A stretch of 26,212 bases of DNA from Abditibacteriaceae bacterium. Lineage in GTDB: Bacteria > Armatimonadota > Abditibacteriia > Abditibacteriales > Abditibacteriaceae. This document shows, piece by piece, positions 15,832-23,837 of the stretch. Where the stretch lies: contig JANPJS010000256.1 in NCBI GenBank assembly GCA_031425655.1, forward strand, positions 1 through 26,212. The letters are read 5' to 3'. The position numbers and the translations under genes were made by a program. How positions within the stretch are numbered: the stretch's first letter is position 1; each line of letters starts with the position of its first letter. The notes beneath the pieces are model-generated. The model ran no database searches. It saw nothing but the letters and a program-made list of their open reading frames with translations, and was not told the DNA's origin.

Positions 15832-16566
15832 TTAACCCTGCGGCAATCGTTCTAATATGTCCAACGCATTCCCCGTCGCGGCGAACTCTGCTGTATTATC
15901 GAAAGTGCACCACACCGGAACGGCGCGGGCCGCAGCGTCAGTCAAACTTTGAGCCAGAGCCTGCAAATAGGCGACAGAATAATCCGAATAATAAATCTTC
16001 GGTGAGCCGTGCAAGCGGTAATACGCTAAGCCATTCCAGCCGCCGGGCGCCGCCGCCGAGGGCGTCAGAGCGGGATCGGCGGCCACACGCGCAATTCGAT
16101 AACGCGATAACATTTCGTCGGCTTGCGGCGTGAACCATGTCAGGTGACGCGGTTCGCACACCACAGCGCCGAAAAAGCGGTCGCGCAAGATCGTAAAAAA
16201 TTCAGCGACGGTGTCGGAATCGTATTTCAGACTTGGAGGAAGCTGCACTAAGAGCGGGCCGAGTTTCTCGCCCAGACCGGTGCATTCTTCAAGAAAACGG
16301 TCAAGCGCCGCTTCGGTGCTAATCAGGCGACTGCTGTGCGTAATCTCTTTCGGCACCTTGACGGCAAAGCGAAAATCAGCGGGCGTGCTTTCGGCCCAGC
16401 GCGCATAGGTTTTCGTCTGGTGCGGGCGGTAAAAAGAAGTGTTGATTTCTACCGCCGAAAACACCCGCGCGTAGCGTTCCAAGTGGCTGCCCGTTGCCTC
16501 AAAGTGCTGCGCATACGGCTTGGGCACTGCCCAACCCGCACATCCGATATAAAGGCTTTGTTTCAT
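15832..16566 (-). CDS. DUF72 (YecE-like) protein, 244 aa
   Basis: Motifs YIGCAGW, VEINTSFYRP, FRFAVKVPKEITH, LLVQLPPSL, EPRH, YYRLHG and FDN. Confidence 0.93.
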   Translation of the reverse strand: MKQSLYIGCAGWAVPKPYAQHFEATGSHLERYARVFSAVEINTSFYRPHQTKTYARWAESTPADFRFAVKVPKEITHSSRLISTEAALDRFLEECTGLGEKLGPLLVQLPPSLKYDSDTVAEFFTILRDRFFGAVVCEPRHLTWFTPQADEMLSRYRIARVAADPALTPSAAAPGGWNGLAYYRLHGSPKIYYSDYSVAYLQALAQSLTDAAARAVPVWCTFDNTAEFAATGNALDILERLPQG

Positions 16567-16618
16567 AAAATTATGTCGAACGCTGCTCTACCCAACCGTG
16601 GGGCGTGAATATCAATTG

Positions 16619-16652
16619 AGGGCCACCCGGCGATAAATCGCCGGGTGGCCCT
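16619..16652. repeat. Perfect REP-like palindrome
   Basis: AGGGCCACCCGGCGAT-AA-ATCGCCGGGTGGCCCT. 16622-16645 is identical to 20744-20767. Confidence 0.9.
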
Positions 16653-16727
16653 TATCCAAAGTGGTGAGGCGTGGTCTCACAGAAAGCCGCTTTCCTAACG
16701 GTTCGGCGGGGTTTCAAGCTCGCTGGT

Positions 16728-16757
16728 TTGCCCCGAACTTCGCCGTGCGAGTAGACT
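16728..16757 (+). promoter_or_regulatory. Candidate sigma70-type promoter for hisC
   Basis: TTGCCC-18 nt-TAGACT, 25 nt upstream of ATG16783. Confidence 0.35.
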
Positions 16758-16782
16758 GTGAAGCCGTTCGTTTAAGGGCATT

Positions 16783-17943
16783 ATGTCTATTGTCGCGCTC
16801 GAAAATCCCACCTCCCAAAATGCCGCGCCGGTTAAGCAGCCCGCGCCGCGCCTTGTCAAAGAAAGCGTCACGCGCCTGCGGCCTTATGTGCCGGGAAAGC
16901 CGATTGACGAAGTCAAACGCGAACTCGGTTTGCCCGACGATTTCACGATTTACAAGCTCGCCAGCAACGAAAACGTGCTTGGCCCGTCGCCCAAAGCCCT
17001 CGAAGCGATGCGCTTGGCCGGGCCGGACATCTGGCTTTATCCCGACGACACTTGCTTCAATCTCAAAAACGAACTGGCGAAGTTTTGGGGCGTTTCCAGC
17101 GATCATTTTATCGTCGGCAACGGCAGCGATGAGATCATTCATTTTCTCTCTCTGGCCCTACTCGACATCGGCGACGAAGTGATTTTCGGCGCTCCCAGCT
17201 TCGTGCAATACAAAGCCGCCGCGATGTTGGCCGATTGCGCTTATCACGCGGTTCCCCTGACTTCCGATTATCGCCACGATTTGCGTGCCATGCGCGCCCA
17301 AGTTAATGAAAATACCAAGCTGATTTTCATCGCTAACCCGAATAACCCGACGGGAACAATCGTAACGCGCCGCGAACTCGAAGAATTACTCGCCGATTTG
17401 CCGCCGCGCGTGGTTGTCGTGCTCGATCAGGCGTATTACGAATACGTCGAAGATGCGCAATCGCCCGAAGGATTGGATTTCGTGCGCGCAGGGCATAACG
17501 TCGTGCTTTTGCACACCTTTTCCAAAGCGTATGCGCTGGCCGGATTGCGCGTCGGTTACGGATTGGCGCGGCCCGAACTGACCGCTTATTTGCAACAAGT
17601 GCGCGGCCCGTTCAACGTCAATGCGCTGGCGCAAGCGGCGGCGATTGCCAGTTTGCACGACGACGAGCAAGTGAAAAGCGCGCAAAAGCTCAATCAAGCC
17701 GGCAAAACGCAGTTTTACGCCGCGTTTGAGGAAATGGGACTGAGTTACATTCCAACCGAAGCGAACTTCGTTTTAGTCAATTGCGAGCGCCAATCCAGTG
17801 AGGTTTTCACCGAATTGCTGCGCCACGGCGTGATCGTGCGCACCGGCGACCCGTTTGGTATGCCGACGTGGATTCGCGTGACTATCGGCACGCGCGAGAT
17901 GAACGAGCGATTTATTGCGGCGCTGCACGCAGTTTTGAAATAA
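16783..17943 (+). CDS. hisC: Histidinol-phosphate/aromatic aminotransferase
   Basis: Motifs YVPGKP, KLASNEN, GNGSDE, NPNNPTG, DQAYYEY and the PLP-lysine motif TFSKAYALAGLRVGY. Confidence 0.95.
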   Translation: MSIVALENPTSQNAAPVKQPAPRLVKESVTRLRPYVPGKPIDEVKRELGLPDDFTIYKLASNENVLGPSPKALEAMRLAGPDIWLYPDDTCFNLKNELAKFWGVSSDHFIVGNGSDEIIHFLSLALLDIGDEVIFGAPSFVQYKAAAMLADCAYHAVPLTSDYRHDLRAMRAQVNENTKLIFIANPNNPTGTIVTRRELEELLADLPPRVVVVLDQAYYEYVEDAQSPEGLDFVRAGHNVVLLHTFSKAYALAGLRVGYGLARPELTAYLQQVRGPFNVNALAQAAAIASLHDDEQVKSAQKLNQAGKTQFYAAFEEMGLSYIPTEANFVLVNCERQSSEVFTELLRHGVIVRTGDPFGMPTWIRVTIGTREMNERFIAALHAVLK

Positions 17944-18239
17944 GGATTTATCGCGCAAAGACGCTAAGGCGCAAAGAAAATACGGGCATTCTCAGCCAAA
18001 CATTTCTTGAAATACTTAAACCTTTGGCGCCTTTCTTTGCGCCTTGGCGACTTTGCGAGAGACAAAACGGGGATAAGGATTTATCTCGCAAAGCCGCTAA
18101 GTCGCAAAGAAAGATAGCCGCGAAAACGCACAGAAGCCACAAAACAATGGAGTTTTCGGTCTTCTTTTGTGTTTTTTGTGTGTTTTCGCGGCTATCTTTC
18201 TTTGCGACTTAGCGGCTTTGCGAGAGATAAAACGGAGAT
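17941..18239. repeat. Two tandem palindromic units (CGCAAAG..GCTAAG..GCAAAG family); the second has an additional nested IR
   Basis: Units start TAAGGATTTATC at 17941 and 18074 and end GCGAGAGA(C/T)AAAACGG. Unit 2 has a perfect 44-bp IR at 18084-18127/18182-18225. Confidence 0.9.
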
Positions 18240-18242
18240 TCA

Positions 18243-19268
18243 GTGATTATTATTTTAAAACACGGTTCGGGCGAGGAAGCTATCGCCGCCGTATCGGAAA
18301 AGTTGACGGAACACGGCTACTCGCCCAGCGTGACGCGCGGAACGGAAGAAACCATTATCGCCGCCGTCGGCTCGCCGAGCATGACCGAAAAAGCTATCGT
18401 CGCGCCGCAGTTGCAGGCTTTAGACGCGGTTGATCGCGTGCTTTTGGTGTCGAAGCCGTATAAATTGGTGTCGCGCGAATCGCATCCGCCCGACACGGTT
18501 TTCGATGTGCGCGGCGTTGCCATCGGCGGCCCGCAAATCGTAATGATGGCCGGGCCGTGCAGCGTCGAAAACCGCGAATCGCTGATGACGACGGCGACTG
18601 CCGTCAAAGCTGCTGGCGCGCAGATTTTGCGCGGCGGCGCTTATAAACCGCGCACCAGTCCGTATGATTTTCAGGGACTTGGCGAAGAAGGCTTGCAACT
18701 GCTGGTTGAAGCGCGCGAAGCGACGGGTTTACCAATTATTACCGAAGTGATGACGCCGGGATTAGTGGACACAGTCTGCGAATACGCCGACATTTTGCAA
18801 ATCGGTGCGCGCAATATGCAGAATTACGATTTACTGCGCGAAGTCGGCAAATGCCGCACGCCGGTGATGCTCAAACGCGGCCTTTCGGCGACCATTGAAG
18901 AGTGGCTCAAAGCCGCCGAATACGTTCTGGCCGGCGGCAATTTGAACGTGATGTTCTGCGAGCGCGGCATCCGCACTTACGAGCCGAGCACGCGCTTTAC
19001 GCTCGATTTATCGGCCATTCCGGCCATCAAACGCTCGTCGCATTTGCCGATTATCATTGATCCGTCGCAGGGCACGGGCCGGCGCGATATGGTAGCCGCG
19101 ATGAGCAAAGCCGCCATCGCCGCCGGCGCCGACGGCTTGATTATCGAAGTCCACCCGCACCCCGAAGACGCTCTCAGCGACGGCCAGCAAACGCTGGACA
19201 CGGGGCAATTCGCGCAATTAATGCAAGATTTAAAACCTATCGCGCAAGCGGTGGGAAGGACTCTATAA
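18243..19268 (+). CDS. aroF: 3-deoxy-7-phosphoheptulonate (DAHP) synthase, type I-beta with N-terminal regulatory domain
   Basis: GTG start after GGAG. Motifs [38 protein letters not shown] and CERGIRT. Confidence 0.95.
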   Translation: MIIILKHGSGEEAIAAVSEKLTEHGYSPSVTRGTEETIIAAVGSPSMTEKAIVAPQLQALDAVDRVLLVSKPYKLVSRESHPPDTVFDVRGVAIGGPQIVMMAGPCSVENRESLMTTATAVKAAGAQILRGGAYKPRTSPYDFQGLGEEGLQLLVEAREATGLPIITEVMTPGLVDTVCEYADILQIGARNMQNYDLLREVGKCRTPVMLKRGLSATIEEWLKAAEYVLAGGNLNVMFCERGIRTYEPSTRFTLDLSAIPAIKRSSHLPIIIDPSQGTGRRDMVAAMSKAAIAAGADGLIIEVHPHPEDALSDGQQTLDTGQFAQLMQDLKPIAQAVGRTL

Positions 19269-19337
19269 TTTTGAGTTTTGAATTTTAAGTTTTGAGTTAA
19301 ATCCAACTCAAAACTCAAAACTCAAAACTCAAAACTC
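19269..19337. repeat. Inverted heptamer arrays (TTTTGAG)n/(CTCAAAA)n
   Basis: About 4 degenerate copies face 4 perfect complementary copies, filling the aroF-tyrA gap. Confidence 0.92.
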
Positions 19338-19339
19338 TC

Positions 19340-20212
19340 ATGCTTTTCGACACCGTTTGCATCGCGGGCGTAGGTTTAATCGGCGGCAGCTTTGGTCTTG
19401 CGATGCGCGAGCGCGGTCTGGCGCGGCGCATTATCGGTTTGACGCGCCGCGAGGAAACCGCCCGCACCGCGCAGCAGCTTGGCGTCGTGGATTTCGCCAC
19501 GACGGACTTTACCGAAGCCACGCGTGGCGCCGATTTGATATTGCTGGCGCCGCCCGTGGGCCAGATCAAACCGTTGTGCGAAAAATTAGCGCCGCTTGTG
19601 GACGCGGGCGCGATTATTACCGATGCCGGCTCGACCAAAGCCGGCATCGTGCGCGACTGCACTTTGGCGTTCGGCCAAAAAGCGATGTTCGTCGGCGGCC
19701 ACCCGATGGCGGGCAGCGAGCGCACCGGCGTAGATCACGCTAAAGCGGGCCTGTTTGAAAAAGCCATCTGGGTGCTGACGCCGACTGCCGAAACGCCGGA
19801 GTTGGCCGTTAATCGCATGGTCGAACTCATCGAATCGCTGGGCGCCGTGCCGCTTTTGCTCGATGCCTCGCTGCACGATTCCCTGCTCGCCATCACCAGT
19901 CATTTGCCGCACATCACGGCGGCGGCCTTAGTGCATTTATTCATGACGGCGCAAAACGAAAACGAATTCGCGCAGCAACTTATCGCCACCGGCTGGCGCG
20001 ATTCAACGCGCGTAGCCGCCGGCAGCCCCGAAATGTGGCGCGATATTTGTCTGGCCAACGCGCCGGCCATTGCGCGCGGCGTCGAAGACATGATCGCCGA
20101 GCTTGAAGAATTCCGCGATATGCTGCGCGATACCGACGGCCAGCGCCTGCACGATTGGTTCGATTCCGCCGCCGCCACGCGCACCAAACATGGCTATTTT
20201 CCGCGACGTTGA
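19340..20212 (+). CDS. tyrA: Prephenate/arogenate dehydrogenase
   Basis: Rossmann motif GVGLIGGS, plus TDAGSTK, GGHPMAGSE, HD...SHLPH and TRVAAGSPEMWRDI. Confidence 0.95.
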   Translation: MLFDTVCIAGVGLIGGSFGLAMRERGLARRIIGLTRREETARTAQQLGVVDFATTDFTEATRGADLILLAPPVGQIKPLCEKLAPLVDAGAIITDAGSTKAGIVRDCTLAFGQKAMFVGGHPMAGSERTGVDHAKAGLFEKAIWVLTPTAETPELAVNRMVELIESLGAVPLLLDASLHDSLLAITSHLPHITAAALVHLFMTAQNENEFAQQLIATGWRDSTRVAAGSPEMWRDICLANAPAIARGVEDMIAELEEFRDMLRDTDGQRLHDWFDSAAATRTKHGYFPRR

Positions 20213-20224
20213 CAGCTCCGAAAC

Positions 20225-20671
20225 TTAATCAAGTTGCCAGATGCGCGGTGCGGCTAATTCGGCTAAATGACCGTCCAGATCACGAAAATAGAGGCTCAGA
20301 CCGCCCTGCGGAGGCCGCACTTCGCTGATGATCTCGATATTTTGCCCTTTCAGGCGTTGGCGCCACACTTCTATATCGCTTTCCTGCACGGCGAACGCGA
20401 AATGCACACGCCCGGCGCCGTCGTGCCCCGGAATGTGTCCGCCGGGAACGTCCGCGCCTTCGGTTGAGGCGCCTTTCAGAAACAACAGCAAAACTTGACA
20501 CGGCGATTGCGACACTTTTAAAGCAATCATGCGCTCCTCGTCCAGCAAGCGCGCGAAACCAAAAAGCTGCTCGTAGAAGGCGGCGGCGCGCTCTAAATCT
20601 GCGACGTAAAGCGCGGTTTCAAGAATGCCGTTAAGTTGAGGCGCGGCGGATTGATTAGAAATTTCACTCAT
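20225..20671 (-). CDS. VOC/glyoxalase-family protein
   Basis: Motifs LETALYVADLERAAAFYEQLFG, HFAF and SLYFRDLDGHLAEL. Confidence 0.9.
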   Translation of the reverse strand: MSEISNQSAAPQLNGILETALYVADLERAAAFYEQLFGFARLLDEERMIALKVSQSPCQVLLLFLKGASTEGADVPGGHIPGHDGAGRVHFAFAVQESDIEVWRQRLKGQNIEIISEVRPPQGGLSLYFRDLDGHLAELAAPRIWQLD

Positions 20672-20675
20672 TTAG

Positions 20676-20966
20676 TAGACCTCTTTCGTATATCCGCAAG
20701 AAATATGTCGGGATTACATATTACGCAGGTGGGTTGTGGTAAAGCCACCCGGCGATAAATCGCCGGGCTGAAACACAAAGCCCCTGCGCGGCTGTGGGAC
20801 AGGCCTGTGCTACGCGGCTGTGGGAACAGTGTTTCGGTGAGCCTCGAAGAGGCTTGGTGTTTCAGCCCGGCACCACCCAAAGGGTTCCCGGATCGCCGGG
20901 TGGCACAAGCGGCACAAATCTGGCTTCAGGCGTCCGGCTTATGTGACACGCGGTGCGTAATATCTG
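20676..20966. mobile_element. Nested cluster: IS5-like end + TTACGCA-type IR shell + REP-like doublet
   Basis: 20676-20693 matches the IS end at 2529-2512 at 16/18. ATATTACGCA (20718-20727) pairs with TGCGTAATAT (20954-20963). The REP-like doublet spans 20744-20904. Confidence 0.65.
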
Positions 20967-21000
20967 CAACTTCGCGGGCCTCAACCGTTCAAAAATCCCC

Positions 21001-22074
21001 ATGAAATCGCAAACCTTTTTACTGTCGTTGTTGATCGCAGCGCCGCTTTTCGCGCAGGCACCCAAACCCGCAGCCGCGCCGACAAAGCCGGAATTCATCG
21101 CGCTGACACCCGAAAGCGCCGGGCCGGACTTCGCGGTGCAAGGCGAATACGTCGGCGAAATCACGCGCGCCGGAAAAACCGAAAAATATGCGGCGCAAAT
21201 CGCGGCGTTGGGTAACGGCTCGTTTCGCGCCAGCTTTTTGGCCGGCGGACTGCCCGGCGACGGCTGGGACGGCAAAACACTGATTATCATTGACGGCAAA
21301 ACCGAAGGCGACAAAACCAACTTCGTCGGCAAGGATTTTTCCGCCGAAATCAGCGGCGATACGCTAACCGGCGCGCATCCGCCGGACGAAAAGTTCACCC
21401 TGAAAAAAGTGCTGCGCCACAGCCCCGACGAAGGCGCCAAAGCGCCCACCGGTGCGGTTGTGCTTTTCGACGGCACGAACACCGATGCTTGGGAGCGCGG
21501 CCTGATGGACAAGCAGGGGCGCCTCATCACCGATTTGCCGAAAGAGTTTCAAAACGAAGGCTTTATCAGCGGGCGCGACAAGGTTTTCGTCGGGCCGGGG
21601 CCGGTTACCAAGCGCAGCGTCAGGAATTTCGCGCTGCATTTGGAATTTATCGAGCCGTTCAAGCCCTTTGCGCGCGGCCAATCGCGCGGCAACAGCGGCG
21701 TTTATATTCAAGGCCGCTACGAAATACAGATTCTCGATTCATTTGGTTTTAAATTGGACGACAAGCGACCTGTCGGCGATTTAAGCGGCGAAATTTACAA
21801 GCAGCGTGTGCCCGATGTGAGCATGAATTACCCGCCGCTCTCGTGGCAAACCTACGACATTGATTTTCAGGCCGCGCAGTTCGACGCAGCGGGTAAGAAA
21901 ACCAAAAACGCGGTGATTACGCTGAAACACAACGGCGTCGTGATTCACGACAAATACGAAATCACTGCCAAAACCGGCGCCGGCCAACCCGAAGGCGCCG
22001 ACGATAAACCGTTTCATCTGCAAAACCACGGCAATCCCGTGTTCTTCCGCAATATCTGGCTGGTCGAAAAATAA
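21001..22074 (+). CDS. Secreted DUF1080 (3-keto-disaccharide hydrolase-like) protein
   Basis: Signal peptide from ATG21001. Motifs VLFDG, LHLEF, GNSGVYIQGRYEIQILDS, WQTYDI and LQNHGNPVFFRNIW. Confidence 0.92.
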   Translation: MKSQTFLLSLLIAAPLFAQAPKPAAAPTKPEFIALTPESAGPDFAVQGEYVGEITRAGKTEKYAAQIAALGNGSFRASFLAGGLPGDGWDGKTLIIIDGKTEGDKTNFVGKDFSAEISGDTLTGAHPPDEKFTLKKVLRHSPDEGAKAPTGAVVLFDGTNTDAWERGLMDKQGRLITDLPKEFQNEGFISGRDKVFVGPGPVTKRSVRNFALHLEFIEPFKPFARGQSRGNSGVYIQGRYEIQILDSFGFKLDDKRPVGDLSGEIYKQRVPDVSMNYPPLSWQTYDIDFQAAQFDAAGKKTKNAVITLKHNGVVIHDKYEITAKTGAGQPEGADDKPFHLQNHGNPVFFRNIWLVEK

Positions 22075-22085
22075 AGGCGCAAATT

Positions 22086-22718
22086 ATGGCGCATACGCTG
22101 ACTTGGCCTGAAATGCTTCTCTCTCCTGACGCGGTCTATGAGGAGGGTTTGCGCTTTTTTCGCGGAAAAGGCATGATGAACACGACGCTGAGGCGTTTAG
22201 CTGCCGACTTGGAAAAAGCCGGCATTGATTACTGCGTCGTGGGCGCTGTCGCGTTGAATCGCCACGGCTACCGGCGTTTCACCGAAGACATTGATATTTT
22301 GCTGTCGCCGGAAGGTTTGCAGCAGTTTCACGAAAAATGCGTTGGGCGCGGCTATCGCCCGGCGTTTCCCGATGCGCGCCGCAAATTCCGCGCGACTTCA
22401 GCCAACGTGCCATTAGAAGTATTGGTATCAGGCGAATATCCCGGCGACGGTAAGCCCAAACCGGTGCGTTTTCCCGACCCGCAAAACGCTTTCGTGCTTA
22501 TTGACGGCGTGAAAACCCTGCCACTAACCACGTTAATCGAACTTAAACTCGCCTCCGGCATGACCGGCGCCGGGCGCCTCAAAGATTTGGCCGATGTGCA
22601 GGAATTGATTCGCCTGAAAAGTTTGGACGCCGATTTCGCGCAGCAACTCGCGCCTTATGTGCGCGAAAAGTTCGGCGAATTGCAGCGCGACGTGGCGCGG
22701 GTGCCGCGCGAAGAATAG
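22086..22718 (+). CDS. Nucleotidyltransferase-fold protein (AbiEii/DUF6036-like)
   Basis: YCVVGAVALNRHGYRRFTEDIDILL (DxD motif), LIELKLASG and KDLADVQELI. Confidence 0.75.
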   Translation: MAHTLTWPEMLLSPDAVYEEGLRFFRGKGMMNTTLRRLAADLEKAGIDYCVVGAVALNRHGYRRFTEDIDILLSPEGLQQFHEKCVGRGYRPAFPDARRKFRATSANVPLEVLVSGEYPGDGKPKPVRFPDPQNAFVLIDGVKTLPLTTLIELKLASGMTGAGRLKDLADVQELIRLKSLDADFAQQLAPYVREKFGELQRDVARVPREE

Positions 22719-22746
22719 CCTCGCCTCAACCCGTCGCAAGCGCCGC

Positions 22747-22755
22747 TGCTATACT
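22747..22755 (+). promoter_or_regulatory. Extended -10 promoter element
   Basis: TGCTATACT lies 10 nt before ATG22766 and there is no SD, consistent with a near-leaderless mRNA. Confidence 0.5.
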
Positions 22756-22765
22756 GGCACACGCC

Positions 22766-23242
22766 ATGAAGTTCTCCCTCGAAACCGTGCGCGCCGTGGC
22801 GCAAATGCTGGACGAAGCGCATCTCAGCGAAATCGTTGTCGAATCTACCGATGAAACAGCGCCGACACGTTTATTAGTGCGCCGCGAAGTCGTTTTCGCC
22901 GGAAGCGAAGGCGCCGCGCGGCCCGCGCAAGCCGAAATCGTGCTGTCTGCCGCCGAAGAGCAAGCGATTGAAGACGCCGAAATCGCTGCCAGTCAGGTTA
23001 CCATTTTAGCGCCTGTCGTCGGCTTTTTTCGACACGCGGCCAAGCCGGTTGGCGAAGGCGCAACGGTGCGTATCGGGCAAACCGTGGGCGTTGTCGAATC
23101 GCTGCGCGTGCCCAACGAAGTGACGGCGCCGGCCAGTGGCCGCGTCCTCGAACTGCTGGTGCAAGAGGGGCAAGGCGTCGAATATCACCAACCGCTATTC
23201 GTAATTGAACCGGAAGCCGAAACTTCTCCGGTGGAGGCATAA
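22766..23242 (+). CDS. Biotin carboxyl carrier-like protein lacking the biotinylated lysine
   Basis: AccB-like N-terminus and biotinyl-domain fold (APVVGFF...GQTVGVVE...EGQGVEYHQPLF), but the motif is ESLRV instead of EAMKM. Confidence 0.8.
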   Translation: MKFSLETVRAVAQMLDEAHLSEIVVESTDETAPTRLLVRREVVFAGSEGAARPAQAEIVLSAAEEQAIEDAEIAASQVTILAPVVGFFRHAAKPVGEGATVRIGQTVGVVESLRVPNEVTAPASGRVLELLVQEGQGVEYHQPLFVIEPEAETSPVEA

Positions 23243-23244
23243 CC

Positions 23245-23763
23245 ATGAATAACCTAAAACGACGCGGCCAATCTTTGGTCGGCGTGCTGGTTTCAGTCTT
23301 TTTGATGATTGGCTTAGCGGTTTTCTTCCTGATGCCGCGCGGCGGCAATGACGGCACGCCGCAAAAAAGCACGATCAAACGCAGCATGGACATGGCCGAA
23401 GGCACGGCGCTGACTTCCAACATCAGTCAGATTCAGCAGGGCATCTCGATGTATAAATCGGACAACGACGGCAAAGCGCCCGCCTCGTTAGACGAATTGA
23501 AGCGTTATTTGAAATATCCGCCGGAAATGTGGGAAAACCCGCTGGATAAAAAGCCGCTGGTTTACGATCCCGCGAGCGGAACGATTTGCGCCGAAGGGCC
23601 GGGTTGTCCGGCTCCGGGCGGCGTTGTCTCTAATCCCGTCGCGCCGGGCGCCAATCCACCGCCGCCCGTGGCGGTTTCGCCCAATCTTTCCACGCCCGGC
23701 GGCATGACCTCGAAAATCCCAGCACCCGGCGCCGGTGCCGCCGAAGCCCTCAACGACAACTAA
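23245..23763 (+). CDS. Pilin/pseudopilin-like membrane-anchored protein with a Pro-rich tail
   Basis: SD GGAGG. KRRG|QSLVGVLVSVFLMIGLAVFFL resembles a class III signal. IQQGISMYKSDNDGKAPASLDEL...NPLDKKPLVY is a GspG-like pattern. Confidence 0.6.
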   Translation: MNNLKRRGQSLVGVLVSVFLMIGLAVFFLMPRGGNDGTPQKSTIKRSMDMAEGTALTSNISQIQQGISMYKSDNDGKAPASLDELKRYLKYPPEMWENPLDKKPLVYDPASGTICAEGPGCPAPGGVVSNPVAPGANPPPPVAVSPNLSTPGGMTSKIPAPGAGAAEALNDN

Positions 23764-23768
23764 CAGCA

Positions 23769-23832
23769 AGTTTTGAGTTTTAAGTTTTGAATTACCTTCA
23801 ACTCAAAACTCAAAACTCAAAACTCAAAACTC
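23769..23832. repeat. Inverted heptamer arrays (TTTTGAG)n/(CTCAAAA)n
   Basis: Same family as 19269-19337, directly before the accC ATG. Confidence 0.92.
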
Positions 23833-23837
23833 TTCTT

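Noticed and set aside
22086..22718. Nucleotidyltransferase as part of a toxin-antitoxin or AbiE pair
   Set aside because: No adjacent antitoxin, HEPN or AbiEi-like partner is visible.
23787..23837. N-terminal extension MNYLQLKTQNSKLKTLL of accC
   Set aside because: It is a translation of the heptamer array. Homology starts at ATG23838.
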